From assembly GCF_001458595.1 (NCBI RefSeq), contig NZ_LN890328.1, forward strand, positions 2,244,831 through 2,284,830: a stretch of 40,000 nt of DNA. Direction: 5' to 3'. The notes below the pieces were generated by a model, which did not search any database, was not told the origin of the DNA, and was given only the letters and a program-made list of their open reading frames with translations. Source of the stretch: Clostridium neonatale. GTDB taxonomy: Bacteria > Bacillota > Clostridia > Clostridiales > Clostridiaceae. This document shows positions 17,697 to 27,861 of this stretch, in pieces. Position numbers and translations under genes: made by a program. Every line of letters starts with the position of its first letter. Position 1 is the stretch's first letter.

Positions 17697-18753
17697 TTAC
17701 AGTCCCCCTCTTAGGAATATTGTCAGCATCCAATACAAGATTTTCAGCTATACTATTTATTTTGGTATCAGCAATATCAAGTATTCCTTCGATATTCAAT
17801 AATCTTGTTTCAATTTGACTTATCCTTACTACTAAATTATCATTATCAGACCATGTCTTTTTAAGTTCAATAAAATACTCATCTATAGTGGTATTTATAT
17901 AGTCTTTTACATCATCGAAAGAATATCCACCTTGATATGTTAGATTGGTTGAAATATTAATTTCTGTTTCATTTACTGGGTTAATAACTACCTTATGGCC
18001 TATTGGCGCAAGTCCAATTCCTTCACCTTGATTTTCTATTGGATCTAATTGCTCTTGTATACTATTAATAAATTCTGTTGTTGGTTTTTGCCATGTTGAA
18101 GTGATAACAACAATTTTTATAAACTTATTACTTTCTGTAACTCTATAAATCTTTATACCACCTACACCACTTATATCATCTTTAAACATCTTTTTATAAT
18201 CTGCTCTATTCCCACCAAAGGCCTTGCTATCATAACTTTCAAAGTAATCTTTTCGCAACTCTTCTGTACCCTCTTCATCTTCTCCAGGTATTAATAATTC
18301 AGTTAATTTAGCACTTGTTAACCCTTGTATATGATCTATAGGAATCATATTTCCGAACGTACCATTTCCAATAGTTCCAAGTGTTTCACATTGTAACTTA
18401 TAGGTATGTTCAGTATCATTTATTAGTTCAATGATTCTATAACTTAAGCTATCACAAGTAAATCTTGAACCAATATCTACAGCAATATCAAATTTTCCTT
18501 TTAATACTGCATAAGTAGCATTTATAGGTGTAATCCCTCTTTCTGCTGCTCTCTTAATTAAAAATTCTCGACTTGCTGTATCAGCAAAGGTTTCACTTAA
18601 CAGTCCATCTAATGCAATATACATATTTTGAAGCTCAACGCAAACCGCTGCTACTGGAGTATGAATAGGTCCTCCTTCTCTTGTATCAAATCCACTATCT
18701 ACTCTTGCAAGACTTCTATTCACTAATAAATCATAAGTGATATCTTCATACAT
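17680..18753 (-). CDS. Baseplate J/gp47 family protein (XkdT-like)
   Basis: LLSETFADTASREFLIKRAAERGITP..., GNRADYKKMFKDDISGVGGIKIYR. Confidence 0.93.
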   Translation of the reverse strand: MYEDITYDLLVNRSLARVDSGFDTREGGPIHTPVAAVCVELQNMYIALDGLLSETFADTASREFLIKRAAERGITPINATYAVLKGKFDIAVDIGSRFTCDSLSYRIIELINDTEHTYKLQCETLGTIGNGTFGNMIPIDHIQGLTSAKLTELLIPGEDEEGTEELRKDYFESYDSKAFGGNRADYKKMFKDDISGVGGIKIYRVTESNKFIKIVVITSTWQKPTTEFINSIQEQLDPIENQGEGIGLAPIGHKVVINPVNETEINISTNLTYQGGYSFDDVKDYINTTIDEYFIELKKTWSDNDNLVVRISQIETRLLNIEGILDIADTKINSIAENLVLDADNIPKRGTVSEQSN

Positions 18754-19160
18754 TAAATGTCCACCTCCTTCTCACTATCAACATCACCAAACTTTGTATG
18801 AACGGTAAAATATAAAGTCACCTTATTCTTAACCTTCTCATAAGAAAAAGCATCAACACTATTGATACGATCATCTTGTGTCAATGCTTCTGTTATTCTT
18901 CTTTGTAACTCTGGATAAACATAAGTTATATCTTCACCGAATAAATCCTTCGTTTCTACTCCATAATTCCAACTGTATATTATATAATCATATTTTTCAG
19001 TATTTAGTCTTAAATAAATAGCTTGTTTTACTGCTTCGAGTTCATCTATTGTACCATTAATTCTATTTGTATTAGCATTTAACTTAAATGTTTTGCTTGG
19101 TACTTCTGTGAACTCTATTCTTGTTGTGTCTAATGTTGAACCTGGTATCATAATTATCAC
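18753..19160 (-). CDS. DUF2634 (XkdS-like) baseplate protein
   Basis: Gene order; GTIDELEAVKQAIYLRLNTEKYDYIIYSWNYGVE. Confidence 0.88.
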   Translation of the reverse strand: MIIMIPGSTLDTTRIEFTEVPSKTFKLNANTNRINGTIDELEAVKQAIYLRLNTEKYDYIIYSWNYGVETKDLFGEDITYVYPELQRRITEALTQDDRINSVDAFSYEKVKNKVTLYFTVHTKFGDVDSEKEVDI

Positions 19161-19477
19161 ATCCTATCTAATACAAGATAATCCTGTCCACCTTGAAATC
19201 TTATTAAAATAACTTTTTCTCCTACTTTAAGCTCATTATTTATGATTATAGTTTTGTTTACTCCATCCATAGTAATATTTTCTTTATAATTGGTAACATT
19301 TCTACTTAGTACAAAAAACTCTTTAGGAAGTATTTTTAAATTTTCCACTTCTATACTTAAAGGATTTATAGTCTTTACAGCTCCATAAGTAATATTTACT
19401 GGTTTACCTTCTGTGATTGCTTCTAATGCAAGTTTCTTTATAGTTTCATTTAAATTAGCCATCTGTAAAATACACAT
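19157..19477 (-). CDS. DUF2577 (XkdR-like) protein
   Basis: KVILIRFQGGQDYLVLDRM C-terminus and gene order. Confidence 0.85.
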   Translation of the reverse strand: MCILQMANLNETIKKLALEAITEGKPVNITYGAVKTINPLSIEVENLKILPKEFFVLSRNVTNYKENITMDGVNKTIIINNELKVGEKVILIRFQGGQDYLVLDRM

Positions 19478-20423
19478 CCCCTCTTAGAGTTAAGTCCATT
19501 GTATGTTCACTTTCTTTGAATGTATGTTTTGCTTTTTCAACTAACATATAATTTTGTAATTTAATATCTCCTAAATCTAACATTATAACAACACTTGTTC
19601 CAGCTCTTACTCTTACATCTCCAGGAATATTACTTATACTTAAATTTTTAGTTTTCTTATTATATAGCTGTAATAATGCATCACACTTTGCTTGTGGATT
19701 TGTAACACTATCATCTATCTTCTCAAAGTACTGCAATAATCCCCACTTGTTTATATTACCTGTATCCTTAGACATATAAACATCACGTTTCCCAGTATCC
19801 TCATTGTCAAATGTTAATTTGATTTGATTGTAGGTATTACTATCTATAGAACTTGTATAAGAATAGTTTTCTGCTGTTTCTTCGTCAATAAGTATATTAA
19901 GCTTCATGTTCTCAATATTTTTAAGTGTTAGCTTTCCAAAGTCATCATATAAAACATAGATTTTCTTTTTATTCTGTAGAGTAAAATCTAAGGCGTTCTG
20001 AACCATATCGAATAAAGTTTTATCTTCTTCAAGTCTTTTAGGAATAATATATTCCGTATCATCAAGTGTGCCAACATTTAAATTAAACATTACTGCTAAT
20101 TCCTTAAGCATTTCATTTGCCTTTTTGTTTACATAGTAATAAGTATCCTTATTCTTAAAATATCTTAATTGATCATAAGCAGTAATATTATAAAATCCTT
20201 CTTTATCAATTTTAAAAGTGAATATAAAACCAAAGAAAACATTTTGCCCATCTTTCTTTATACTTACCGAATTACCTTCTTCTATATTTAAAACAGAATC
20301 TTTATAAATTTTAAATGTAACTTTGCCCGGACTTCCTTTTCTTTCTGTTTCCCATGTTATTCCTTCTTCTACTACAGGATAGTACATTGTTTCTTTGTTT
20401 GTTATTATTATTTCATGACTCAT
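19455..20423 (-). CDS. XkdQ-like tail hub / late control D-like protein
   Basis: TWETERKGSPGKVTFKIYKD..., DQLRYFKNKDTYYYVNKKANEMLKELA. Confidence 0.88.
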   Translation of the reverse strand: MSHEIIITNKETMYYPVVEEGITWETERKGSPGKVTFKIYKDSVLNIEEGNSVSIKKDGQNVFFGFIFTFKIDKEGFYNITAYDQLRYFKNKDTYYYVNKKANEMLKELAVMFNLNVGTLDDTEYIIPKRLEEDKTLFDMVQNALDFTLQNKKKIYVLYDDFGKLTLKNIENMKLNILIDEETAENYSYTSSIDSNTYNQIKLTFDNEDTGKRDVYMSKDTGNINKWGLLQYFEKIDDSVTNPQAKCDALLQLYNKKTKNLSISNIPGDVRVRAGTSVVIMLDLGDIKLQNYMLVEKAKHTFKESEHTMDLTLRGDVYFTDG

Positions 20424-20436
20424 TTAATCACCAACC

Positions 20437-21117
20437 TTATGAGAATCTAATTACTTGACCTGGATATATTAGATTAGGATTAGATATATTATTTAATTTA
20501 GCTATCTGAGAATACTTACTACCATCACCTAAAAATCTTTTGCAAATATTCCATAAACAATCACCACTTTTTACTGTATAAGGTGGTATTGTACTTGTAT
20601 TTACTTTAGGCGGTGTTTCTTCTTTTGCAGGTATAAAAATAACTCCAGAACTACTGCTAGCCGCAATAGTAGTCTGAAGCTGAACAACCTTTGTACTAAA
20701 TGGCTTATATTGCTTTAACTTAATCGATGCTGTAACATCAAATCCCTCTTTTGCATCCTCTATAATACTGTAGTCTTCAAGAGAAACTGTTATATTGGTA
20801 CTAAATAAATCTTTTCCTTTAGATAACTCTCTGCTTACAATAAATTGAAATGATGTTTTATTTAATTTTAATTTTTCAAATTTATCTAAAAAGTACTTTG
20901 CCTCTTTAAATTTACCATTTTTATAATCTGCAAATGGATATTCAACATTTGGAAGTAATAAATCAAAACTTATTTCTGTAAGTCCTTGCGATTTTAAAAT
21001 ACTAACTTCACCATCATTTATTAGTGTTACTGTCTTATTTTTATTTGATATTTTAGTAGTCATTTTTGAAGGTGGTACAGGAAGCAGAACTTTATCCATA
21101 TAAAATTTATAAGCCAT
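20437..21117 (-). CDS. LysM-domain tail protein (XkdP-like)
   Basis: C-terminal LysM YTVKSGDCLWNICKRFLGDGSKYSQIAKLNNISNPNLIYPGQVIRF. Confidence 0.92.
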   Translation of the reverse strand: MAYKFYMDKVLLPVPPSKMTTKISNKNKTVTLINDGEVSILKSQGLTEISFDLLLPNVEYPFADYKNGKFKEAKYFLDKFEKLKLNKTSFQFIVSRELSKGKDLFSTNITVSLEDYSIIEDAKEGFDVTASIKLKQYKPFSTKVVQLQTTIAASSSSGVIFIPAKEETPPKVNTSTIPPYTVKSGDCLWNICKRFLGDGSKYSQIAKLNNISNPNLIYPGQVIRFS

Positions 21118-23210
21118 TATTCATGTACCCCCTCTGCACTAATATTCATCTGCTCTTCTACTTTTATAGCCAGTGTGTCAACTATCCCATCAATGTCAAG
21201 GTCACTATTAACTGAATTATAATTAGTCATATCAACCTTTATTTCTGCTGTAGTAAATCTATTAATAACTTCTTGTTCTGCAATATCTCTCATATACTTC
21301 AAATCTTCTTCTGTTATATCTAAAGCATCTTTCATGGCTCCAGTATTTTTAGCTGTATCGCCTGCGCCTTGATTTGCTCCTTCTGCCGCATCTAAAAGAG
21401 ATTGGTAATCTGTATTATCAACTCCTGAATCAAATAAATTACTTAATTTAGAATTGGCACCCCAGTTATATCCTGCCATAGCTGAAGCTCCTATATCTTT
21501 CATTTGCATTTTAGGAATTTCTATATAGTCTTCTGGTTTGTCACCTAACAAATTTTGAAGACTGGCTTTTGCATTTTGCAAAGTCCCTGTTATGCTTGCG
21601 GTATGACTTTTTTCTGTTCCAACACCAATATGAAGAAAACTCTTCACGCTATCTGGCAATATATTCATAAAAGCATTCCAAGCTCTAATAGCTAAATTAA
21701 CCCCATCTATAACACCATTAGCTAAATTAGTAGCAAAGCCATCAACTCCCTTTGTCATTGCAATACAAGCATCTATTACATTAGTTGCTAAATTGACAAA
21801 TAATCTTTTAACTGCATATGTTTTATCTGTACTAATGTTAATGAAAAACTCATAAAATGCTGCAAACTTATTCCATGTATAGGCTATTACATTCCATATA
21901 ACGGCGCCTAAACTCCAAAATATTGCTGCCACTATTCCAGTTGCACTTATATTAGTGCCTTTCCATCTGTTTATTGCTGCAACTGCTAAATAAATCACTG
22001 CTATTAATGCAATTATTGCTAATACAATCCATGTTACTGGGCAAGCCCATAACTCTGCATTAATAACTTTTTGTACTGTTGACCATACGGCTGTAGCTGC
22101 TGCTACTCCATAGGTCCCGATTGCATAAACTCCAATTGCTGCAGCTATTCCTAACACTATTGGTCCAATAATATCAAGATTATTTGCAATCCAATTTATC
22201 GCTGTCAATATCGGTTGGCTTGCCATTAAAACAGCATTTGAAATTGTAGTCCATACCTGTGCCCATGTCATAGGCATACTTTCAAATTTAGCATTAGTTT
22301 CATCAGCTGCCGCAAACATAGCTTTTTTAACAATATCTGCGGTTATTTCTCCTTCACTTGCTAAATCTTTTAATTCACCTATGGGCTTACCTATATAATC
22401 AGCTACTGCTTGCATTACATTGGGTGCTGCTTCAAAAACTGCATTAAATTCTTCTCCTCTAAGAACTCCACTTCCTAAAGCTTGTGTTAATTGGAGTGTC
22501 GCTGAACTCATTTCCTGCTGGCTAGCTCCTGCAATAGTAAACATCTTATTTAACTGTTCTGAAAAAGCTATTACTTCTTCATTGCTATTAAATGCATTTT
22601 TTGCTCTATTACCTAATTGTGCTACTGCATTAGCTGTATCAGTATAAGATGCTCTTGAACGTTGTGCAGATTGATATATCATTTCCTGTAATTCAGCAGT
22701 ACTCTGTAACCCATCATTCATCATATTAAGTCTTGCTGTAGTTTGAACAAATTGATCTGATGTATTTACCAATGCTTTAATTCCTTGAAACCCTAAATAT
22801 GCACCAGCTAAAGATTTTACTTTTCCTAAAAGGTTATCTGTAGAATTAGCGCCTTCTTTAACTTCATCATTAAATTTCTGCTGATTATTAGTTATGTTGA
22901 TTATATTTGTACTTATCTTATTTACTGTAGCGTTTACCTGCATTAGATTATTTTGAGTATTATTAATATTATTATTTATATTAGAAACTGCTTGATTGGC
23001 TGAATTTAAATCTGCTTTTAAATTACTTCCAACATTAAAATTAACATCTCTATTCATTACATTTTGTAACACTTCAAATCTATTTACTGCTCTATCTATT
23101 CCAATATACAAATTATTTAACGCACTACTAAATCTATCCTGCACCTCTATTGCATTGCTAATTGTAGCCATAATATACCTCCTTCCTGTTTTAATGTATA
23201 AAAATAGCAC
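21117..23210 (-). CDS. Tail tape measure protein
   Basis: TMP N-terminal domain (GSGVLRGEEFNAVFEAAPNVMQAVADYIG), central TM segments, large size. Confidence 0.95.
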   Translation of the reverse strand: MLFLYIKTGRRYIMATISNAIEVQDRFSSALNNLYIGIDRAVNRFEVLQNVMNRDVNFNVGSNLKADLNSANQAVSNINNNINNTQNNLMQVNATVNKISTNIINITNNQQKFNDEVKEGANSTDNLLGKVKSLAGAYLGFQGIKALVNTSDQFVQTTARLNMMNDGLQSTAELQEMIYQSAQRSRASYTDTANAVAQLGNRAKNAFNSNEEVIAFSEQLNKMFTIAGASQQEMSSATLQLTQALGSGVLRGEEFNAVFEAAPNVMQAVADYIGKPIGELKDLASEGEITADIVKKAMFAAADETNAKFESMPMTWAQVWTTISNAVLMASQPILTAINWIANNLDIIGPIVLGIAAAIGVYAIGTYGVAAATAVWSTVQKVINAELWACPVTWIVLAIIALIAVIYLAVAAINRWKGTNISATGIVAAIFWSLGAVIWNVIAYTWNKFAAFYEFFINISTDKTYAVKRLFVNLATNVIDACIAMTKGVDGFATNLANGVIDGVNLAIRAWNAFMNILPDSVKSFLHIGVGTEKSHTASITGTLQNAKASLQNLLGDKPEDYIEIPKMQMKDIGASAMAGYNWGANSKLSNLFDSGVDNTDYQSLLDAAEGANQGAGDTAKNTGAMKDALDITEEDLKYMRDIAEQEVINRFTTAEIKVDMTNYNSVNSDLDIDGIVDTLAIKVEEQMNISAEGVHE

Positions 23211-23232
23211 CTACATTAAGTAAGTGCTTATT

Positions 23233-23949
23233 TTATAAATTAATTTCTCTCTTTTCGCTTGAATGATTTTCAGAAAAATGTGTTACAAAATTAATTGCAT
23301 TTGGTATATTAGTAACATCAAATGATATAAACTCATTTGTCCCATCTTTATCGTAAGTAAATATAAGATAACTTGTTATTGTTTTTGTAGTTTTCTCCTT
23401 CGCTCTTCCGCCAACCATTGCGCCTAAAGTTCCAAATAACATTTGCCCTGCAATAGCACCACCAACACTGCTAACATACGCTTTTTGAATTTCTTCATCA
23501 GTTTTTATTGTAACATCTCGTAACTTAGAAAATTCTAAATTATATATGTTTTCATTTCTTTCAAAAATCATTTTATCATCACATAGATATAAATACATAT
23601 CAGCACCTTCTGCTACTGGTAATCCATCCATATGTTTAGCACTAATACAAAGTTCTGCACCTAAAAATTGAATTCTTTGTTTTGTACCAGGCTTTAAACT
23701 AAGCTCTTTATTTATTTCAACTAGCTTATTATAATTTTCCTTTGCTTTTTCATCCGCTCTCATTTTTTCTTTTTTTGTCTTCCTAATAAGTAATATTCCT
23801 AATAAAATAAAGATAATACCTATGACTATTCCAACACATGTCGCTGGAATATTATGCTGTGACAATCCTACTATAGTAATCACAAACATGACTAAAGCTC
23901 CTACTAATAAACAGAGTATTCCTAAAAATGATTTTAAAAATCTTAGCAT
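23233..23949 (-). CDS. Two-TM membrane protein with glycine-zipper segment, likely accessory insertion in tail operon
   Basis: N-terminal two TM helices plus GGAIAGQMLFGTLGAMVGGRAKEKTTKTITSYLIF. Confidence 0.7.
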   Translation of the reverse strand: MLRFLKSFLGILCLLVGALVMFVITIVGLSQHNIPATCVGIVIGIIFILLGILLIRKTKKEKMRADEKAKENYNKLVEINKELSLKPGTKQRIQFLGAELCISAKHMDGLPVAEGADMYLYLCDDKMIFERNENIYNLEFSKLRDVTIKTDEEIQKAYVSSVGGAIAGQMLFGTLGAMVGGRAKEKTTKTITSYLIFTYDKDGTNEFISFDVTNIPNAINFVTHFSENHSSEKREINL

Positions 23950-24014
23950 TATATCCCCTCCATAAATATGTATAACATCTTTAATATTATATTACATATT
24001 TATGGATAATTCTA

Positions 24015-24206
24015 TCATTTTCCTCTTTTAGACTTTCTTTCAATCTCATCCTGTTTCTCTTTTTCTGCCTTTACTCTTATATCTATTGAAGCTATTACAA
24101 TAGCCTGTTCTCTATCTCCCATATTAGCGAATTTGCTAGGCTCCCAATGAAATTTGTGGAGACAATAGTAAGCATAATTAAACTCACTATCGCCTCCATT
24201 TATTAG
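24015..24206 (-). CDS. -1 frameshift extension of tail assembly chaperone (G-T product)
   Basis: -1 frame after slippery AAAAAAC reads LINGGDSEFNYAYYCLHKFHWEPSKFANMGDREQAIVIASIDIRVKAEKEKQDEIERKSKRGK*. Confidence 0.85.
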   Translation of the reverse strand, partial: LINGGDSEFNYAYYCLHKFHWEPSKFANMGDREQAIVIASIDIRVKAEKEKQDEIERKSKRGK

Positions 24207-24649
24207 TTTTTTGCTTCTTCAACCAAATCTTTTTTAGTTTCAAATCCATTAATTTTTTGTATGAATCCTAATAATTCTTGATATTCACCTGAATTATCTA
24301 CCATTTCCATTAATAGATCTTCTGGAGTCCTTACCTCATATGAATCTTGTAACTCTGCATTATATAAATCTGGCTCAACACAACTTGCAACAGCTAACTT
24401 TGTTAAGTATTTATTAGTATTAAATTTAGGTCTGAACATATTAGGTTTTCCAGTTACTTGTACATCTATAGTACAATCTTCCCTAAGTGCTTCATCTTCT
24501 TTCGCTGAAATTCCTTTCCATTCAAATTCTACTGGTTTGCCTTCCTCATCTAATAAACTTGTTGTAGGTGCATATTTAACACTTTCTCTTTGTTTTTTAT
24601 TTCCTTTTAAAAATAGTTTTAAATTACTCATTTTCATTCTCCTTTTCAT
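24203..24649 (-). CDS. Tail assembly chaperone (XkdN-like); likely start MSNLKLFLKG
   Basis: NLKLFLKGNKKQRESVKYAPTTSLLDEEGKPVEFEWKGIS; gene order after tube protein. Confidence 0.92.
   Translation of the reverse strand: MKRRMKMSNLKLFLKGNKKQRESVKYAPTTSLLDEEGKPVEFEWKGISAKEDEALREDCTIDVQVTGKPNMFRPKFNTNKYLTKLAVASCVEPDLYNAELQDSYEVRTPEDLLMEMVDNSGEYQELLGFIQKINGFETKKDLVEEAKN
24206..24212 (-). promoter_or_regulatory. Programmed -1 ribosomal frameshift slippery heptamer A_AAA_AAC
   Basis: GC[A AAA AAC] TAA with zero-frame stop immediately after. Confidence 0.85.
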
Positions 24650-24896
24650 TCATAATATGATAGTCTGTTTGCTTTTCCAAAGTAACCATAAAGTTATATG
24701 GTATTGTTATTTTTAATCTTATTTCGCTTGTATTTGGCTCAGTGTCTGCTGCTAATTTTTCTGAATGGTCAATTAAGTGTTGACCTATTATTTTATAGCA
24801 ATTTTCTGTTTTCTCTTTTAATGTTTTTCCTTTAAGAGTATTAATATCTAATATTTTAGATACATCAAATTTTTCTTCCATAACTAACAACTCCAA
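24624..24896 (-). CDS. Phage hypothetical protein
   Basis: ORF with overlapping coupling to chaperone gene. Confidence 0.75.
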   Translation of the reverse strand: MELLVMEEKFDVSKILDINTLKGKTLKEKTENCYKIIGQHLIDHSEKLAADTEPNTSEIRLKITIPYNFMVTLEKQTDYHIMNEKENENE

Positions 24897-24933
24897 TATT
24901 TTTATAATTTAAAAGAGCACCAAAGTGCTCTTA

Positions 24934-25410
24934 TTACTCCATGCCATCAAGTAAAGAAAATTCTTCTGGCATTTCCCAATCTTCAAATGTTCCACTTATC
25001 TCTTCATCTAAGTACTCTGCATCTGCATCAAACTTTGCTAATATACCACTATCTAAATTACAATCCTTATGGATTATAGTTTGTCTACCAACACTTGATG
25101 TTGGATCTTCGTTAGTAACTTGAATATCAAAATAAATGTCTTCTCCAAGTTCTTTGAATCTGTATAGTAATTTTCTCATTATTGATTGATTATAATGGGC
25201 TGTTCCTTTAAATGTGTATTTGCATCCTGTAGCTTTATTTCCTTTGCTTACTTTACCTAATATCGGAACTTCTGTTTTTGTTTTCTCCATACTTGACTCA
25301 AAATTTATAATCTGCATGAAGTTATATCTTCTATTTTCTATAGTTACAAAGCACTCAGCTTTTGATCCACTTATTGCATCTTTTCCATTCATTGTTCTTT
25401 GTTTAGCCAT
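24934..25410 (-). CDS. Tail tube protein (XkdM-like)
   Basis: MNGKDAISGSKAECFVTIENRRYNFMQIINFES..., KFDADAEYLDEEISGTFEDWEMPEEF. Confidence 0.92.
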   Translation of the reverse strand: MAKQRTMNGKDAISGSKAECFVTIENRRYNFMQIINFESSMEKTKTEVPILGKVSKGNKATGCKYTFKGTAHYNQSIMRKLLYRFKELGEDIYFDIQVTNEDPTSSVGRQTIIHKDCNLDSGILAKFDADAEYLDEEISGTFEDWEMPEEFSLLDGME

Positions 25411-25432
25411 CTTCTTTTATCCTCCTTCTTTT

Positions 25433-26743
25433 CTATTTTACATAAACAGCCATATAAAGTTGTCCCATAGCAACTGTTGGATTAATAGTTTGAGTTAAAA
25501 GAACAGCTCTCTTAGTCTCTCCCTTTTCAACAATGACATTGTCAGAACTAAAATCTTGTATAGCTCTTATTTTTTCTAATTTTTTATCTAAATCAACTAT
25601 GTCATTCCATAATGAAACTCTTCCACTTTGGTCATTAGGATATTCGCCTATATATTTTTCATTAAATAAAGTTGCTGTATCATTTGCAACTTGGTCAAGA
25701 ACTCTCATAACTTGATTACTAGAGAAATCTTCCCCTTTTTCGGTTATATAAGTAGTTAATGTATTTATATCATTTAGGACTTTTACATCCTCACCAACTT
25801 TATGGAATATAAATTTACCAGATTTAATACCTGCAATTAAATCAGATTGCTTAGTTGTTGCATTAACAGTAAATTCACCATCATATTTTTTATTTTCTAC
25901 TGTTTTATTAACAGCACATCCACCTTCTGCACCTACTGTCCAATATATAAGTGAACTTTCTAATTCTCCAGAATCCAATACTTTATTATCTACAGAAATA
26001 ATTCCTTCATAATCTGCTTTTTCATACTTATAAAGTACTGTCTGAAATTTAGCTCCAACTTCATCTCTAAGTCTTTTTGTAAATGCTACAAATAAACTTT
26101 TTATTTGATCTGTAGTACTTAGACAACCAAGAGTATTAAAATTATATGCTTCAATTGCATCTAAAAAAGCTTGATATTCTGTTCCGGTTACTGCTTCGCC
26201 ATTTGTTCCACCTTCAAGAGCAATTCCTGCTGTGGCTTCTAAAGCTTCACTTTTCCATTCTCCTATATAATCATTTGGGACTAAATCTTTAATAGCTGCT
26301 ACAGTTTGTGTTTCTATTTCTTTATTTCCATAAAGCGTTGTTACATTATACTTTGATCCTTCATCTATATCTGTTGTTATAACAATCTTAATATCATTTC
26401 CTTTTACACCACTATACTTAGCAGTTGCAAACTTATTGCTTGCTTTGACACCTTTATTCAGTTTATAAGCATATAGTACAGTTGCATTTTTAAATAGATC
26501 TCTTAATCCTTTTAATTTATCATCATCATATGAATAGCCAAAAATCTTTAAAGAATCCTTTTGAAAATCTTCTTGTGTTACTGTAAATACTTGTTCATCT
26601 GGGCCCCAATCTAATTCCATTGGCAATGCAACATATCCTCTATCAGATAAATTAGTACTTGCTCTAGCTGCACTTATAAAATTTATATAAGCACCATTAA
26701 GCACTTTATTTTGTGTTAGCCATGTACCTCCACCTAATGCCAT
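25433..26743 (-). CDS. Tail sheath protein (XkdK-like)
   Basis: MALGGGTWLTQNKVLNGAYINFISAA...GYVALPMELDWGPD. Confidence 0.95.
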   Translation of the reverse strand: MALGGGTWLTQNKVLNGAYINFISAARASTNLSDRGYVALPMELDWGPDEQVFTVTQEDFQKDSLKIFGYSYDDDKLKGLRDLFKNATVLYAYKLNKGVKASNKFATAKYSGVKGNDIKIVITTDIDEGSKYNVTTLYGNKEIETQTVAAIKDLVPNDYIGEWKSEALEATAGIALEGGTNGEAVTGTEYQAFLDAIEAYNFNTLGCLSTTDQIKSLFVAFTKRLRDEVGAKFQTVLYKYEKADYEGIISVDNKVLDSGELESSLIYWTVGAEGGCAVNKTVENKKYDGEFTVNATTKQSDLIAGIKSGKFIFHKVGEDVKVLNDINTLTTYITEKGEDFSSNQVMRVLDQVANDTATLFNEKYIGEYPNDQSGRVSLWNDIVDLDKKLEKIRAIQDFSSDNVIVEKGETKRAVLLTQTINPTVAMGQLYMAVYVK

Positions 26744-26950
26744 CTATTTCACTGCTCCTTTCATAAAATCATTAATTAATTCATCTACTTCAGTTATTGA
26801 ATACTGTGTATCATCTTTAAGCAGTGCATTAATTAAATCCTGTTTATCAGAATACTTTTTACTTTTTAAAATTTTCTGCTTAGAATATTTATTATCATCC
26901 ATAACAAGTTTAATTTCTTCTTCTCCAACTTTTGTTGTAGTCTTAGCCAA
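26744..26950 (-). CDS. Small phage hypothetical protein
   Basis: Tightly packed ORF between tail terminator and sheath genes. Confidence 0.75.
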   Translation of the reverse strand: MAKTTTKVGEEEIKLVMDDNKYSKQKILKSKKYSDKQDLINALLKDDTQYSITEVDELINDFMKGAVK

Positions 26951-26951
26951 A

Positions 26952-27410
26952 TTAATCGCCTCCTAACTTCTGTTTTATAGTTAAGCTTCCCATAGTATCT
27001 ATAGGCTCAGTTTCCTTTTTAACAATCATATTGAAATTAATAAAAAAATGAAGTACATTATCAACTATTTCAGCATTAATACTTGTGCCTCTTACCAAGC
27101 TGTTATCAACTGTAATGTATTCTAATGCTGTAAATAGCCTTTCTGTAACTTCATTAAGTTGATTATTTATTGTACTTATTCCATCTACTAATTCAGTATC
27201 TGGAAAGAAATGAATATCAAAAGGATATTTCCTCTCATATCTGTTTCCTACTAGCTGCTTTGAACTAGGTTTTAAACTGAAAATAAAAAAACAAGGTTCT
27301 TCTAAACCCTGCTCTACATTTTCAGTATGAATTATATATCCTTCATTTTCTGAATTAAATTCGGCATCTAGTGCCTGTGATATTCCTATTATTATTTTAT
27401 TTAACATCAA
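26952..27410 (-). CDS. Phage tail terminator family protein
   Basis: Gene order and pattern KRYPFDIHFFPD. Confidence 0.75.
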   Translation of the reverse strand: MMLNKIIIGISQALDAEFNSENEGYIIHTENVEQGLEEPCFFIFSLKPSSKQLVGNRYERKYPFDIHFFPDTELVDGISTINNQLNEVTERLFTALEYITVDNSLVRGTSINAEIVDNVLHFFINFNMIVKKETEPIDTMGSLTIKQKLGGD

Positions 27411-27861
27411 AGCACCTCTTTAATTCTTCCCATACTTTAGCAGTAACAATACTTGGTATCTGCATTTCAATTTCATTTATAGATAAAGTCATCATAAATC
27501 TGCCTTTAACCCAGCTTTTCTTTAATTTCTTTCCTATAGCTGGTACAAATCTTCCTGGTGTCTGCCTATGGCCATACTCAACATATGAAGCGTATTCTAC
27601 AGGATTAATAATCTCAATAGTATACGAATTACCTTTTTGAGTTATCTGTCCTATTGCCCATCCATTTCTTAACGTTCCTCCAGTTCTTCCATCTGTGTAT
27701 TGCCCTACTGGTGTTTTCTGCTTAATTCTTCTAAGTAATCGCATAGCTATTTCATTTGCAATCTCTTTTGTAAATTCATTAGCAACACCATCTTTTAAAG
27801 CATTTACATTTTCAGCTAATTTTTTTAACTCTGAAAACTCACATTTTCCCCATCTTCCCAT
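27397..27861 (-). CDS. HK97 gp10 / XkdI-like protein
   Basis: RIKQKTPVGQYTDGRTGGTLRNGWAIG...VEYASYVEYGHR. Confidence 0.9.
   Translation of the reverse strand: MGRWGKCEFSELKKLAENVNALKDGVANEFTKEIANEIAMRLLRRIKQKTPVGQYTDGRTGGTLRNGWAIGQITQKGNSYTIEIINPVEYASYVEYGHRQTPGRFVPAIGKKLKKSWVKGRFMMTLSINEIEMQIPSIVTAKVWEELKRCFDVK

Noticed and set aside
22420-23223. Plus-strand ORFs antisense to tape measure gene, plus similar antisense ORFs at 7958, 9784, 15040, 25214, 27371, 28907, 29236, 30553 and 30988
   Set aside because: All lie within well-supported minus-strand genes and lack recognisable domains.
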